A DNA stretch of 27,253 bases, taken from an uncultured Gemmatimonadota bacterium. GTDB taxonomy: Bacteria > SM23-81. A model generated the notes under the pieces. It did no database searches. It saw only the letters and a program-made list of their open reading frames with translations, and was not told the DNA's origin. Made by a program: the position numbers and the translations under genes. Positions 26,361 through 27,253 of the stretch are shown one piece after another. Numbering within the stretch: the stretch's first letter is position 1; every line of letters starts with the position of its first letter. The stretch is from contig CAZOYL010000025.1 of the NCBI GenBank assembly GCA_964584035.1, positions 1 through 27,253 on the forward strand. Direction: 5' to 3'.

Positions 26361-27253
26361 TTACCGCATCAGCACCATCTTGATTGTCTCGCTGAAACTT
26401 CCGGCCTGCAGGCGGCAGAAGTACAGCCCGCTGGCCGCGTCCCCGCCAGCCTCATTCCGGCCGTCCCAGTGGACGGCGTGCTCGCCGGCGCCGAGGACTC
26501 CGGCCTCCAGGACCCGGACCTCCTGCCCGATGGTGTTGTAGATTCTCAGGCTGACCTGCTCCTCACGGGGAAGGCGGTAGCGGATCTCGGTGCCGGCGTT
26601 AAAAGGATTGGGAATGTTCTGGTGCAGGGCGTAGCCGCGGGGCAGATCGGCCGGCGCATCGTCCAAAACCCCGGTGCCCTCCGATACGGTCAGGGCCTTG
26701 ATGCAGAAGTTGGCCGTGCTGTCCTGGTCGTGCAGGTCCAGCCACTGGCCGCCGCTGCGGTAATAGCTCTGGCCCGGCTCCGCGGAGGATTCCACGATCG
26801 TCTTGTACGAGGCTCCCAGCAGGACCGGCACGTCCGAGGTGCGGTCGTAAGGCTGGCCGCCTTCGGAAAGCTGCAGATAGATGCAAACGTCATCATCCTC
26901 GGTCAGCGGCACGGGCGCGTCCAGGTCGATGGTATGAAAGCCGGAGTGCTCGATCCATCCCGACCGGGTGGAGCGTTCGTCGACCAGCTGGCCCCCGGAA
27001 AATCCGTCGTACACGATGACGGTGACATCGACGCTGTCGGCGGCGGTGAAGAAGCTGACCGCAGCGAGCTGCTCGTCCTCACGGGCCGTGAACCGGTTGA
27101 AGGCCTCGGAGACATCATCCATGGTGTCCCGCCAGCCGTGATAATCGTGGTAGTAGATGTTCTGGTAGGACATCGGCTCGACGCCCTGAAAGGAGACCGC
27201 CCCCATCTCCGGCTGGTGGGTGCAGTGCTTGTCGTAATAGGAGATCCAGAAGT
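26361..27253 (-). CDS. C-terminal part of a probable papain-like (C1) peptidase with lectin-like and FlgD-Ig/T9SS-type C-terminal domains (5' truncated)
   Basis: The frame is open to the window edge and reads [10 protein letters not shown] upstream of the listed Met, resembling the end of a C1A domain. C-terminal '[39 protein letters not shown]'. Catalytic residues are outside the window. Confidence 0.7.
   Translation of the reverse strand, partial: FWISYYDKHCTHQPEMGAVSFQGVEPMSYQNIYYHDYHGWRDTMDDVSEAFNRFTAREDEQLAAVSFFTAADSVDVTVIVYDGFSGGQLVDERSTRSGWIEHSGFHTIDLDAPVPLTEDDDVCIYLQLSEGGQPYDRTSDVPVLLGASYKTIVESSAEPGQSYYRSGGQWLDLHDQDSTANFCIKALTVSEGTGVLDDAPADLPRGYALHQNIPNPFNAGTEIRYRLPREEQVSLRIYNTIGQEVRVLEAGVLGAGEHAVHWDGRNEAGGDAASGLYFCRLQAGSFSETIKMVLMR

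Overview
This is a high-GC bacterial chromosomal window, mostly housekeeping genes, probably from a diderm organism. An FCB-group-like lineage is suggested by the FlgD/T9SS-type C-terminal domain, the SurA array and an outer-membrane barrel; this assignment is inference. Two + strand genes (a DUF4175-like coiled-coil protein and a secreted TPR protein) converge on a long - strand run: C1-type peptidase C-terminus, rlmI-like methyltransferase, Mesh1/SAH-like HD hydrolase, mfd, three parvulin PPIases (including surA), an S4-domain protein, pdxA, ftsE, ftsX, an orphan SPPY-type DNA methyltransferase fused to a degenerate thermonuclease-like domain, envC, holB, ricT/PSP1, metG, tatD, rsmA, a putative outer-membrane beta-barrel and a lipoprotein. 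Most notable: (1) the methylase-nuclease fusion sits inside ftsEX-envC with its own near-consensus sigma70 promoter and no restriction partner; (2) an 11 x 15-bp degenerate array runs from the envC-holB gap into the holB start, and the gap holds a 54-aa Arg-rich ORF coupled by ATGA overlaps at both ends; (3) a strand-specific long hairpin lies upstream of rlmI; (4) an alarmone-hydrolase-like gene is coupled to mfd. No tRNA, rRNA, CRISPR array or transposase was seen.
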